From Candidatus Spongiisociaceae bacterium (lineage in GTDB: Bacteria > Actinomycetota > Acidimicrobiia > Spongiisociales > Spongiisociaceae), in the NCBI GenBank assembly GCA_965219685.1, contig CBDCOH010000002.1:1088001-1152000 (forward strand): DNA of 64,000 nt, written 5' to 3'. Position numbers and translations under genes: made by a program. This document shows positions 45,589 to 55,565 of this stretch, piece after piece; positions within the stretch are counted from its first letter, which is position 1, and each line of letters begins with the position of its first letter. Under the pieces are notes generated by a model. That model was not told the DNA's origin and did no database searches. It was given only the letters and a program-made list of their open reading frames with translations.

Positions 45589-48449
45589 GACCGTTGCGGG
45601 TCTCGATGAAGGGCTTCGGGGCGTTCCGCAAGCTGACAGACATCGATCTTGCCGACGACGACCTCGTGGCCCTCGTAGGGCCGACCGGATCGGGCAAGTC
45701 GACGATCATCGACGCCATCACCTTCGCACTCTACGGTGCGGTCGCTCGCTACGAGGACAACCGGCTGGTAGCTCCCGTGATCAACCAGACCAGCAACGAG
45801 GCTCGGGTAGCCCTCGACTTCGAGCTCGGTGGGCAGGTCTTCACTGCTGCCCGCGTCGTGCGCCGGACCAAGGGCGGCGGAGCGACCACAAGAGAAGCCC
45901 GCTTCGAGCGGGGCGACGAGATCCTCGCCGGTGACGCCCGGTCCATGTCACAAGAAGTCGAGGGACTTCTCGGGCTGGACGTGGCGCAGTTCAACCGGAC
46001 GGTCGTGCTCCCGCAGGGCAAGTTCGCCACCTTCCTCCATGACAAGCCAGGCGACCGTCAATCCACCCTCGTCCGGCTACTCGGGATGGATCTGTACCGG
46101 CGGATAGGCCGGTCCGCCCGGCAGCGTGCAGCGCGGGCCAGGAACCAGATCGACGCCTTGCAGCCGGACCTCGAGAGGGAGGCCGGACAGCTGACCGGCG
46201 AGAGACGGGCCGCACTCGTGAACCGCATCGAGTCGCTCGATGCAGTACTTTCCCGGTTCAGGGCCGACCGCGGGATGATCGCCACCCTCGACGTCGAACT
46301 CCGCACGCTCGATGGCGACATCGAACGGCTCGACGATCAACTCGACCGGATGGACGGGGTCACGGCGCCGCCCGGCCTCGCCGAATTGGCCGGCCGGATC
46401 ACCGCGGCGACCACGGCCCGGATCGAGGCGGCGGATCACCGCAGGGAAACAAGCGCGAAGAGACGACTTGCCAAGGAGGCCCTTGAGAACGGTCCTGATA
46501 TCGCCGCCGTTCGCCTCGGATTGAAAGCACACGCCGAACTTGCCCAGCGAAGACAGGAACACGATGCCGTGGTCAGCCGGCTCGACACGGCGGCAAAAGC
46601 GTACGAGTCGGCCAAGCTCGCCGCCGACCGGGTCCGGGAGGGGCAAGACCAACTGGACCGGCGCGTTGGAGAAGCCCGTAGAGCCGAGACAGGCGCACGC
46701 GCCACCCGTGATGCCGGCGTAACAGTTGCCCAGGTCGCCACCTGGTCAGCGGCACACGCCCGCTATGAGGCCGCCTCCGAGGAGGCCGGTGCCACCGCGG
46801 CGGCCGCTCGGTCGGCCGAGACCGCGATCCGTCCGCTGCAGGAGGCACTCCAGGCCGCCGACTCCGGGGCGGCGGAGCGTTCGGTACGGGTTACGGAGCT
46901 CCGGCGCCGTGCGGGCGTGCTCGGTCACGCCGACCTGCTCGAGGTGGGTTCGGACTGCCCCTTGTGTTTGCAAGAGGTCCACGAACTCCCCGTTCATGAC
47001 CTCGACGCCGGCCTCCGGCAAGCCGTGGCGGACCACGAGACCGGACTCGCCGTCCTCGCTGACGCCAGGCAGGCATTCGACGACGCCGAAAAAACCCGGA
47101 TAACGCGGAGCGCCGAGCACGAGTCCGCGCTGAAGACCTTGGCCGGATACGAGTCCGACGTCGCTTCGATCCCGCCATCCGACCGGCTCGGAGCGCTGGC
47201 AACGAGGGCCGCGGAGTTGGCCGCGGCGGTTCGTGACGCAGAGAAGGCAACCCGGCAGGCCGAGGCCGTTGCCAACCAGCACCTGGAGTCCAGGTCCAAC
47301 ATCCAGGTGCTCGATGCCGAGCAGATCGCGGACCGGAGCGTCACCCGGCTAACCGAGTCGGTGAACATCCTCCGGGGACAGGTCACGGATCTCCGTGCCA
47401 CTGTCGCCGATCTGCCAGACGAGGACGAGCTGCGTGCTCAACTTGCCGAATGCGGGCGTTTGCATGCGGAAATGGCGCAGGCGGATTCCGGTTTCAACGA
47501 CGCCGAAGCGCGCTACGAAATGGCCACCGCCGAACTGAAGGCAGTGAACGAGCGGCACGCACAAGCCACCAAGCACCTGCAGGCCGGCCGCGACCGTGTC
47601 GCCGCCTTCGGCCCGCCCGCCATCGACCCGACCGACCTGGTGGCGGCCTGGGCCGTCCTGGCCGGCTGGATCCAGGACCAGTTGGAGGCGGCCACGACCA
47701 GCCGCGATGCTGCCATCGAGCAGCGGGCCGCCAAGGCGAACAGCCGATCTGCGACCGTGTCTGCCCTCAGAGACCTGTGCATCGATACCATCGACGGTGC
47801 CGATCCAGACGCGTCCGTGACGGAACTCGGCGAGCTACTCACCACACAGCGAGCAGCCTCCGCCGCAGGCCTCGAGCACTTCGACAAGCGCCGCACCGCA
47901 CTCAAGATCCTGCGGGAACGCGTCAGCGCCCTGACCGAACACGCCCAGGTGGCCGACCATCTCGGGCGGCTGCTACGCACCGACGGATTCGAGAGTTGGC
48001 TCATGGAAGCGGCGCTCGACCAGTTGGCCGAACGAGCAACCACGCGCCTTTTCGAACTATCCGAAGGCCAGTACTCGCTGGCGGTTGACAACCGTGACTT
48101 CGTCGTCCGTGATCACACCAACGCCGATGAGCTACGCAGCGCGCGGACACTGTCGGGGGGCGAGACGTTCCTGGCGTCTCTCTCGCTCGCTCTGGCCGTT
48201 GCCGACGCCACCGCGGAGATGGCTTCCGAGGATGCACCGAGAATGGAATCGGTCTTCCTCGACGAAGGATTCGGAACCCTTGATCCGTATACCCTCGACA
48301 CCGTGGCAACTGCGGTCGAAGAACTCGGAGCCACCGGGCGTTTCGTTGGGATTGTCACCCATATCCGGGAACTCGCTGATCGCATGCCGGTGCGGCTGGA
48401 AGTGACGAAGACAGGGGGAGCCGCCACCGTTGAACGGGTCGAGATCTGA
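45585..48449 (+). CDS. sbcC: SbcC/Rad50 SMC-like ATPase
   Basis: Walker A GPTGSGKS, LPQG.F, coiled coils with zinc hook CPLC, signature LSGGE, Walker B FLDEGFGTLD, VTH. Confidence 0.93.
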   Translation: MRPLRVSMKGFGAFRKLTDIDLADDDLVALVGPTGSGKSTIIDAITFALYGAVARYEDNRLVAPVINQTSNEARVALDFELGGQVFTAARVVRRTKGGGATTREARFERGDEILAGDARSMSQEVEGLLGLDVAQFNRTVVLPQGKFATFLHDKPGDRQSTLVRLLGMDLYRRIGRSARQRAARARNQIDALQPDLEREAGQLTGERRAALVNRIESLDAVLSRFRADRGMIATLDVELRTLDGDIERLDDQLDRMDGVTAPPGLAELAGRITAATTARIEAADHRRETSAKRRLAKEALENGPDIAAVRLGLKAHAELAQRRQEHDAVVSRLDTAAKAYESAKLAADRVREGQDQLDRRVGEARRAETGARATRDAGVTVAQVATWSAAHARYEAASEEAGATAAAARSAETAIRPLQEALQAADSGAAERSVRVTELRRRAGVLGHADLLEVGSDCPLCLQEVHELPVHDLDAGLRQAVADHETGLAVLADARQAFDDAEKTRITRSAEHESALKTLAGYESDVASIPPSDRLGALATRAAELAAAVRDAEKATRQAEAVANQHLESRSNIQVLDAEQIADRSVTRLTESVNILRGQVTDLRATVADLPDEDELRAQLAECGRLHAEMAQADSGFNDAEARYEMATAELKAVNERHAQATKHLQAGRDRVAAFGPPAIDPTDLVAAWAVLAGWIQDQLEAATTSRDAAIEQRAAKANSRSATVSALRDLCIDTIDGADPDASVTELGELLTTQRAASAAGLEHFDKRRTALKILRERVSALTEHAQVADHLGRLLRTDGFESWLMEAALDQLAERATTRLFELSEGQYSLAVDNRDFVVRDHTNADELRSARTLSGGETFLASLSLALAVADATAEMASEDAPRMESVFLDEGFGTLDPYTLDTVATAVEELGATGRFVGIVTHIRELADRMPVRLEVTKTGGAATVERVEI

Positions 48450-49375
48450 TGGACTTCAGCGTCGAGTCATGGGCGCCCGAATACGGCTCGTCCATCAACC
48501 TGCCATCCACCGACGAGACCGAGGAGTTGGCCGATGCCACCGTAGAGCGCGCCCTCGGCGAGTGGGCTCCCATAGATCCGGCACCGTCGAGTCAACCCGG
48601 CGAGATAGCGTTCATCGACGGCATCCAGCGTATAGATGCAAGAATCTGGATTCACAGGAGCGGTATCTCCACACCCGCCGTCTGCGTGTCGCTGGCCGCC
48701 GGAGCAACCGTCTGCACGCACGGGGCCGCTACTACCCGAGGCGTGCAGGTCGCCCGTTCGCTCGTCGCTCCTGCCTCGGCTACTGCGGGCCCGATCATCA
48801 CTCGTCACGCTACCTACGAGTTCGTTCCGGCGCAGGATACGACACCCGAAGCCACCTACCTGGCCATTCACGGGCGGCGTACCGAACTCGAGGTCAGCGT
48901 CGCACGCGCGGTCGCCGCCGACCTCATCGTGTTCGACGGCCCGCTACGAGGGCACACAGACCACCAAGGCGTCGGCTACATCAAGACCCATCACAAGATC
49001 TACCTTCCACATGACGTACAGGCAATACTCGGTAGCCTCGGTGACGGACAGCGAACACCCCTCTTCTTCCTTGGCGGAGGCCCGGGCGGCGGCCGGTGGT
49101 CCTGGTACCTGCGACTACAAGGACCACGGGTTCACCCAATGTCAGGGATTGTCCGGCTCGAACTGCCCGGGACAGGTACAACAGCTGAGGCCATCGCGAG
49201 GGCCGAGTTTGTCAGCGCTTGCCTGCCGCGCTTCGCCAGCGAAACTCACAAGGAGGCGCGGGCACCGCAGAACCTGTATCCGATAAGCGGTGTCGAGAGG
49301 GAACTTCGTCGACGGCTCGGCGATGCTCCGTTGCTGGAGCGCGCGCTGCGCTTGGCCGCAGGCCGCCCGGTCTGA
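48449..49375 (+). CDS. nurA: NurA-like nuclease
   Basis: AFIDGIQRID, ELE, FDGPL, GYIKTH, RTP.F, SWYLRL, GIVRLE, RAPQNLYPI..E..LRRRLG (bacterial NurA-type motifs); overlaps the sbcC stop. Confidence 0.75.
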   Translation: MDFSVESWAPEYGSSINLPSTDETEELADATVERALGEWAPIDPAPSSQPGEIAFIDGIQRIDARIWIHRSGISTPAVCVSLAAGATVCTHGAATTRGVQVARSLVAPASATAGPIITRHATYEFVPAQDTTPEATYLAIHGRRTELEVSVARAVAADLIVFDGPLRGHTDHQGVGYIKTHHKIYLPHDVQAILGSLGDGQRTPLFFLGGGPGGGRWSWYLRLQGPRVHPMSGIVRLELPGTGTTAEAIARAEFVSACLPRFASETHKEARAPQNLYPISGVERELRRRLGDAPLLERALRLAAGRPV

Positions 49376-49544
49376 GTTGCGATCCAGGGATCGGCGAGGG
49401 AGCCCGCGAAGCTTTCGGCAGAGTGGGCGGCGGGCTGTGTCAGAGGGCGTGCGGTTCAGATGGATCGACGGTGTTCCCGCCGAACATGCCGCCGGACGGG
49501 TGCTACGCGGCTTTGCGCGTTTCGACTCGCCGTTGCCCTCCGCG

Positions 49545-49733
49545 TCACTTGAGAAGGGCGATCATCAGACCGGCGACGCCGATACCGGTTCCGACTACGA
49601 ACCCGACGATCCGCCATGCTATCTGGTTGGTGCGCTTCTCGAACGAGTGCAGCGCCCCGGCGATATCGGTACGGACCTCGGCCTGCCGTGCCTCGTCTTT
49701 GGCGTCCACGAGCGACTCGGTGATGGTGGCCAT
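49545..49733 (-). CDS. Small coiled-coil protein with C-terminal TM helix (DUF1640-like; may be a remnant)
   Basis: MATITESL...EVRTDI..LHSFEKR...WRIVGFVVGTGIGVAGLMIALLK. Confidence 0.4.
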   Translation of the reverse strand: MATITESLVDAKDEARQAEVRTDIAGALHSFEKRTNQIAWRIVGFVVGTGIGVAGLMIALLK

Positions 49734-49891
49734 CTGTTCGGCCTTTCGTTCTCCGTGATTAGATGCACGCTCAGTGTACCGGAACCTACCGTATAGTTGG
49801 TAACGATCGGATGGATTTGTCTGAAGTGCACCGGACTCTCCCACCACCCTGAACGAGGAGGCTCAAGGAGTTGGGCTCCGAGGTGTGGGAG

Positions 49892-51103
49892 CTACCAGAC
49901 ACGTTCCATGATCAGAGAGATGCCCTGACCCACGCCTATGCACATGGTGGCGAGTCCATATCGTCCCTCCCGCCTCTGGAGTTCGTGGACGAGGGTGGTG
50001 AGGATCCGCGCGCCCGAGCAGCCGAGCGGGTGCCCGAGGGCGATGGCTCCACCGTTGACGTTGATCGTCTCCGGGTCGAGGTCCAGTTCGTTGCGGCATG
50101 CCACTGCCTGGGCGGCGAAGGCCTCGTTGAGTTCCACCAGGTCGAGGTCGGCAACACGCAGTCCGGCGCGGTCCAAGGCCTTCTGCGTCGAGGGTACGGG
50201 GCCGATACCCATCAGGTCGGGATGGACTCCCGCGACGGCCGAGGAGATGAGGCGAGCCGTCGGGGTGAGACCGGCCTTCTCCAAGCCTTCAGACGTGGCG
50301 AGGATCACCCCGGCCGCGCCGTCGTTCATGGGCGACGAGTTCCCCGCTGTGACCGTCCCGCCCTTCCTGAACACGGGGCGGAGTCCGGCCAGGGCCTCCA
50401 TGGAGGTGTCCGGCCGGGGTCCTTGGTCGGATTTGATCAGGGCGGTGACACGTCCCCTTGGGCCGGATGGCGCCTCGATGGGGACGATCTCGGTGTCAAA
50501 CCTGCCTGCGGACTGGGCGGCGACCGCCCGGCGGTGGCTGGTCAGGGCGAATTCGTCCTGGTCGGTCCGCGAGACGCCGTACTTGGCCGCCACCTCCTCC
50601 GCGGTCTCCCCCAGCGTGATGGGCGGGTACATCATCTGCATCCGGGGGTTGGTGAGCCGCCAGCCCAGCACGGTGTCCACCATCCGGGGCGCCCCCACGC
50701 CGTAGGCCCGCTCCGGCTTGGTGACCACGAACGGGGCGCGGCTCATGGACTCCGAGCCCCCTGCGATCATCACGTCGCCCCAGCCGGACGCCAGCGCCTG
50801 GGCGGCAGTGACGACCGCTTGGAGACCTGATCCGCAGAGGCGGTTCACGGTCTGGCCGGTCGTCTCGATCCCCAGACCGGCCAGGAGCCCCGCCATGCGC
50901 GCAACGTTGCGGTTGTCCTCGCCTGCCTGATTCGCCGCGCCCCACACCACGTCCTCGATGTCCGATGGGTGCAGGCCGGGGTTGCGTTCCATTAGAGCCC
51001 CGACCACGTGGGCTGCCAGATCGTCGGGTCGGAGCGCTGCCAACTGACCGCCTATGCGGCCCATCGGGGTACGGCAGGCGTCGGCTACGTAGATGTCGGT
51101 CAC
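49892..51103 (-). CDS. Acetyl-CoA C-acyltransferase (thiolase, PcaF/PaaJ-like)
   Basis: RPDDL, ANQAGEDNRNVARM, NRLCGSG, NEAFA, GHPLGCSG, MCIGVGQG. Start taken at GTG 51103. Confidence 0.93.
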   Translation of the reverse strand: MTDIYVADACRTPMGRIGGQLAALRPDDLAAHVVGALMERNPGLHPSDIEDVVWGAANQAGEDNRNVARMAGLLAGLGIETTGQTVNRLCGSGLQAVVTAAQALASGWGDVMIAGGSESMSRAPFVVTKPERAYGVGAPRMVDTVLGWRLTNPRMQMMYPPITLGETAEEVAAKYGVSRTDQDEFALTSHRRAVAAQSAGRFDTEIVPIEAPSGPRGRVTALIKSDQGPRPDTSMEALAGLRPVFRKGGTVTAGNSSPMNDGAAGVILATSEGLEKAGLTPTARLISSAVAGVHPDLMGIGPVPSTQKALDRAGLRVADLDLVELNEAFAAQAVACRNELDLDPETINVNGGAIALGHPLGCSGARILTTLVHELQRREGRYGLATMCIGVGQGISLIMERVW

Positions 51104-51263
51104 TGTTGACGGCGGGCAGGCATGCCCGTACCGTACTCGCCCTTGAAGGTCTGACACAGTCCCGCACGATCGGATCGAGCTCCCCAAGACGCTTCGGGAG
51201 AGCGTTCTCAGCCTTCATCGCCTTACTGATCGGCACCGTAGGCATGCCGGGCGGCCCGGCGGT

Positions 51264-51830
51264 TCAGGAGAGGCTTTCCATCAACCGGTCCATCACGGCG
51301 GGTAGCTTGCGGAGAAAGAAGTCATCTGCCTGTGCGGTTCTGCATCTCGATTCGATCAGTGTCCAGTCGATTCGTTCCCTGGCCGCTCTTGCGAGCGAGA
51401 GTGCCTCCTCCCAAGTGATGGCCGTTCCGTCGGTTGCCTGTATAAGGCGATCCATCATGAGATCGTTGACCGAGATGACCCTCACGACGCTTCCCTCGAC
51501 AGCTACCAACTCCGGCGGATCCTCCCCTAACAGTGTGCTTCCGGGCACCTCAATGGCGACCTCGCGGTTGCCCGAGCCCCATACCCAATGACGTCCATCA
51601 CGGACGAATCCCACGCGGGCAAGTGCTGCCCTGTCTCCAGACTCGATCTGACCGACCATGTTGATGTCCGTTGGACGTTCGATGCCCGTGTGGATCACCT
51701 GAGCTGCGCCGCCGACCAGCACCAAGGGCGCCCGTAAGACAGCATCAAAGGCAGCCGCCGCCAAGAGCAACTGGTCAACGCTGTCGGGTGGCGCCCGCCG
51801 GGCCAGGGCGAGAAGTTCGGACGGTTTCAC
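51264..51830 (-). CDS. Nucleotidyltransferase-fold protein (AbiEii/DUF6036-like)
   Basis: LVLVGGAA..IHT....TDIN, LARVGF, ISVNDLMMDRL, IDW; GTGA overlap with the XRE gene. Confidence 0.6.
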   Translation of the reverse strand: MKPSELLALARRAPPDSVDQLLLAAAAFDAVLRAPLVLVGGAAQVIHTGIERPTDINMVGQIESGDRAALARVGFVRDGRHWVWGSGNREVAIEVPGSTLLGEDPPELVAVEGSVVRVISVNDLMMDRLIQATDGTAITWEEALSLARAARERIDWTLIESRCRTAQADDFFLRKLPAVMDRLMESLS

Positions 51831-52165
51831 CCCAGGAGCCGCCGCTCCACCCTCGTATCTATTCCCCGTGACTCCTTCCACGCCAGCCTCCGCTCGACAT
51901 CACGGGAATGGACTCCGTGCTCGGCGAGGCGTTGCCGACCCTCGTCCATCCGGGCCCTCACGTCGGCCATAGTAATGACAACCGGCTCAGACAGCACGAG
52001 TTTCACGCCCAGCGCACGGGCGATGCGCGCCAGCGTGGAGTACCTGGCATCCACCTTCCCCGACTCGATTCTCGACAGGTTGGGCTGCGCGATACCGGTC
52101 ATCGCCGACAACTGCGAGAGTGTGATCCCCTGCTCTGTGCGGAGCTTCCGCAATTCCCGGTACAT
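51827..52165 (-). CDS. XRE-family HTH regulator / antitoxin
   Basis: LRKLRTEQGITLSQLSAMTGIAQPNLSRIESG....STLARIARALG; inverted repeat CTATA-N10-TATAG at 52176-52195. Confidence 0.88.
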   Translation of the reverse strand: MYRELRKLRTEQGITLSQLSAMTGIAQPNLSRIESGKVDARYSTLARIARALGVKLVLSEPVVITMADVRARMDEGRQRLAEHGVHSRDVERRLAWKESRGIDTRVERRLLG

Positions 52166-52291
52166 GGTGATCAGACTATAGCGAATGTGATATAGGCAGT
52201 CGACCGTCGGACCGATCTCGACCCGGTCGGGCACGCATTGCCGAGCAGGACCGCGATCCGGCGGTGGTCGCCCGGGCGATGAAGATGGGGG

Positions 52292-53644
52292 TCACCCGCG
52301 TTCGGCAATGAGGCGCAGGACCGGGCCGGCGGCGGTCAGCACGTAGACCTCTCCGGCCGCGTCGGTACCGAAAGCCACCACCTGGCCGGCGTTGCCCACC
52401 TGATCGGTCCAGTCGAACGGTTCCTCGGAGAGATCGTCGAGCGGGAAGCTGCGCAGGTACCCGCCGCAGTAGTCGGAGAACAGGTAGTGCCCGTACAGTT
52501 CCGGGATCTCCGCTCCCCTGTACACGACTCCACCGGTGATCGAGCAGGTGCCCCCGTCCCCGTGCTCCACCTCCACGACCGGCAGGGTGATGCCCTCCGC
52601 GTCGCATCCGGATCGAGGCTGGAAACAGTGCAGCCCCTCGGTGACGGGCCAGCCGTAATTGAGGCCTGCCGCTTCGATCGGCGCCACCGACACCTCCTCG
52701 AAGAGGTTCTGGCCGACGTCGGCGATGACGACAAGGCCGGAAGGCTGGTCGATCACGAACCGCCAGGGGTTGCGAAGGCCGATCGCCCACACCTCCGGGG
52801 CCGGGAACGGATTGCCGGGCGCGGGTGAAGCCACACCAGGAGTCGAGACATCGAACCTTAGGAGGGCGGCAAGCGGGCTCCGGTCGTTCTGGCCGTGGCC
52901 GAACATGTCGTTCGCCCCACCACCGTCGCCGAGCCCCATGTACAGGTATCCGTCCGGGCCGAAGGTGATCGTGCCACCGTTGTGGTTGGGGGCGGGTTGA
53001 GGGAGCCTGAACAGCACGATCTCCCCATCCGGGTCCACGTGGCCCTCCGAGAGCGTGTACTCCGCCAGCACCGTGTCCCCGTCGAGGGCTGTGTAGTGGA
53101 CGAACAGCCGCCCAGGATCCGGATAGTCGGGGTGGAAGGCGAATCCCAGCAGGCCCTGCTCGCCCCGGTTGCGCACCCGATCCCTGATGTCGAGAAACGG
53201 CACGTCATGCAGTCCGTCGTCCCCGAGCAGCCACATTCGACCTTCCTTCGATGCGATGGCAAGCAGGGAGGTTCCGGGAATCGGTGCCAGGTCTATCGGA
53301 AATGCCAGGTCCGCAACCTCGCGATAGGCCAGCGAGCGAAGAGGGGCCAGCGTCGTGGTCGTGGTCATGGTCGTCGTCGTGGTCGTGGTGGTGCTCGAAG
53401 TCTCCGAGGGTGGCGCCACGGTCGTTGCGGGCGGCTCCTCCCCCGTCGCCGCTTTGGTCTCCACTGTCGTGACCGGCGTGGATGTGGTCGGCGCCGTCGT
53501 GGACGCCAGGTCCGGGGGTGCCGTGGTCGTTGTGGACAGGGATGTGGTCGCCGGCGGCGCGGTGACGGCCGCCGGCTCGTCGGGAGCGCTGCAGGCCGCG
53601 GCCGCCAACATGAGCACGGTCGCCAGGGTCGTCCATCGATGCAT
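52292..53644 (-). CDS. PQQ-dependent glucose/sorbosone dehydrogenase-family lipoprotein with Thr-rich linker
   Basis: Lipobox AAAC, GEQGLLG.AFHP, NHNGG.I.FGPDG.LY..GDGG, GLRNPWR, DVGQ..EE, NYGWP, SITGG.VY.G. Confidence 0.9.
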   Translation of the reverse strand: MHRWTTLATVLMLAAAACSAPDEPAAVTAPPATTSLSTTTTAPPDLASTTAPTTSTPVTTVETKAATGEEPPATTVAPPSETSSTTTTTTTTMTTTTTLAPLRSLAYREVADLAFPIDLAPIPGTSLLAIASKEGRMWLLGDDGLHDVPFLDIRDRVRNRGEQGLLGFAFHPDYPDPGRLFVHYTALDGDTVLAEYTLSEGHVDPDGEIVLFRLPQPAPNHNGGTITFGPDGYLYMGLGDGGGANDMFGHGQNDRSPLAALLRFDVSTPGVASPAPGNPFPAPEVWAIGLRNPWRFVIDQPSGLVVIADVGQNLFEEVSVAPIEAAGLNYGWPVTEGLHCFQPRSGCDAEGITLPVVEVEHGDGGTCSITGGVVYRGAEIPELYGHYLFSDYCGGYLRSFPLDDLSEEPFDWTDQVGNAGQVVAFGTDAAGEVYVLTAAGPVLRLIAERG

Positions 53645-53779
53645 GCCGGGAGAGTATCTCCCCTCGGCTGCTATCGCGGGTCCTGGTCGCCTCCTGGCCC
53701 GGCGGCCCGGTGCCGATGCACCGGCGAGTGACCCTGGCGGTGCTACCGTCGGAGGGTCCCCGACCTGGGTATATGGACT

Positions 53780-55111
53780 TTGACCGATCTGCTACGTAAC
53801 GATCGCAAGACGATCTTCGGCTGGGCCATGTACGACTGGGCCAACTCTGCCTTCGCGGTCACGCTGGGAGCGCTGATTGCCCCGTTCTTCGCCGAGGCGA
53901 TCGTTCCGGAAGGGGGCTGGAACGGCTGGTCGGCGGAGACCATCTGGGCGGGTGTGGTGTCCATCGGCTCGACGATCCTGTTCCTGCTGATGCCGGTGCT
54001 CGGAGCCATCGCCGACTTCAACTCGGCGAGGCGGAGGTTCCTGCGCTACTGCGCCACGGGTGGCGGCCTCATGGTGCTGGCGCTGCCCTTCGTGCCCGAC
54101 GGGATGGTGCCGTGGTTCCTGGTGGTTGCCGTGACTGCTCACATAGGATTCGTGGCGGCCAACGTCTTCTACGACGCCTTCCTCCCCGGCCTGACCACCG
54201 ACGACTCCGTCGACCGCGTGTCGTCCAAGGGGTACGCCTTCGGCTACGTGGGCGGCGGACTGTACCTGCTGCTGGGCTTGGCGCTGCTGCTGTCCAGCGG
54301 GGACGACGGTTTCACGGGTCTGTCGGTCAGCGGCGCGACCCGGGTCGTCATCTTCGGTTCCGGTCTGTGGTGGATGGGGTTCACCTTCTACGCGCTGCGC
54401 TACCTCCCGGAGATCGGAGAGGCATCCCCGGTTCCTCCGGGTTACCGGCACATGCGACCGTGGCGAGCGTACGCGACCATCGGCTTCGGCCGCACCCTCG
54501 GAACAGCGAGGAAGCTCGTCGGGTACCCGCAACTGATGCTCTTCGTGCTGGCCTTCATCTTCTACAACGACGGGGCCGTAACGGTCATCAACATCTCAGG
54601 GTCTTACGCTTCCGAGACCCTCGGTCTGGGGATCGCCCAGATATCCACGGCCTTCCTGATCGTGCAGTTCGTGGCGTTCGGGGGCGCTCTCTTCTTCGGG
54701 ATGCTGGCAGACAGGATCGGCGCGAAGCAGGCGATCCTCTGGTCGCTCGCGGTGTGGTCACTCATCGCGGTGGCGGCCTACTTCATGCCTGCCGGAGAAG
54801 CGCTCCCGTTCTATCTCATCGCCGTGGTGGTCGGCTGGGTCATGGGCGGTGTGCAAGCCCTGAGCCGCAGCCTGTACGCGACTATGATCCCGGAGGAGGC
54901 GTCCGCCGAGTTCTTCGGGTTCTTCAGCGTGTTCTCGAAGTTCTCGGCAATCTGGGGGCCCCTGGTGTTCAGCATCGTCAGTCACCGGACCGGCTCGGGC
55001 CGGCCGGCCATCCTCTCGATCGTCGCGTTCTTCGTGATCGGAGGGTTCTTGTTGGCCCGCGTGGATGTGGACGAAGCGAGGGCCGCACGCAGTCGATGGG
55101 AAGGCCACTGA
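53780..55111 (+). CDS. MFS transporter, UMF1/ATG22 family
   Basis: WAMYDWANSAF, VFYDAFLP, D.VSS.GY..GY.GG, QALSRS.Y, EFFGF. Confidence 0.9.
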   Translation: MTDLLRNDRKTIFGWAMYDWANSAFAVTLGALIAPFFAEAIVPEGGWNGWSAETIWAGVVSIGSTILFLLMPVLGAIADFNSARRRFLRYCATGGGLMVLALPFVPDGMVPWFLVVAVTAHIGFVAANVFYDAFLPGLTTDDSVDRVSSKGYAFGYVGGGLYLLLGLALLLSSGDDGFTGLSVSGATRVVIFGSGLWWMGFTFYALRYLPEIGEASPVPPGYRHMRPWRAYATIGFGRTLGTARKLVGYPQLMLFVLAFIFYNDGAVTVINISGSYASETLGLGIAQISTAFLIVQFVAFGGALFFGMLADRIGAKQAILWSLAVWSLIAVAAYFMPAGEALPFYLIAVVVGWVMGGVQALSRSLYATMIPEEASAEFFGFFSVFSKFSAIWGPLVFSIVSHRTGSGRPAILSIVAFFVIGGFLLARVDVDEARAARSRWEGH

Positions 55112-55112
55112 G

Positions 55113-55460
55113 ATGAGCGAGGAGCCGACCAAGCCCCAAGAGGATGGCAGGAGTCCCCCGGCGACTCCGGTCACCGAATCCCCCGAGCGGCTGAGATCGC
55201 GTATCAGGTGGGGCCTGGTGGCCCTTGCTCTGCTGGCTGCGGCCACAGTGTTTCTCGCCTACCAGAACATCGAGGACGTGCCGGTCCGGGCGTTCTGGTG
55301 GGAGTTCAGTATCCCCTTACTGGTCGTCATCGTCGCGACGGCCGTGCTCACGCTGGTGATCCAAAGGCTCGCGGCATGGGTGTTCTGGTGGAGAAGGCGC
55401 AGGACGCGTCCCTATGACGGTCCCCTGCCACGGAGACGCAAGGGCAGGCGATGGAGGTGA
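55113..55460 (+). CDS. LapA/DUF1049-family membrane protein
   Basis: TM-QN...VPV..FWW.F..P-TM with a basic tail. Confidence 0.7.
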   Translation: MSEEPTKPQEDGRSPPATPVTESPERLRSRIRWGLVALALLAAATVFLAYQNIEDVPVRAFWWEFSIPLLVVIVATAVLTLVIQRLAAWVFWWRRRRTRPYDGPLPRRRKGRRWR

Positions 55461-55565
55461 CGATCCGCAGTTGCGGACGGGAGTCGATACCCGCGGCCTG
55501 AGTCCGGAAACCCGGCATCCAGGGGGAAACACCAACTACGATGCTGACCGCATCGGGAGGTTCAG

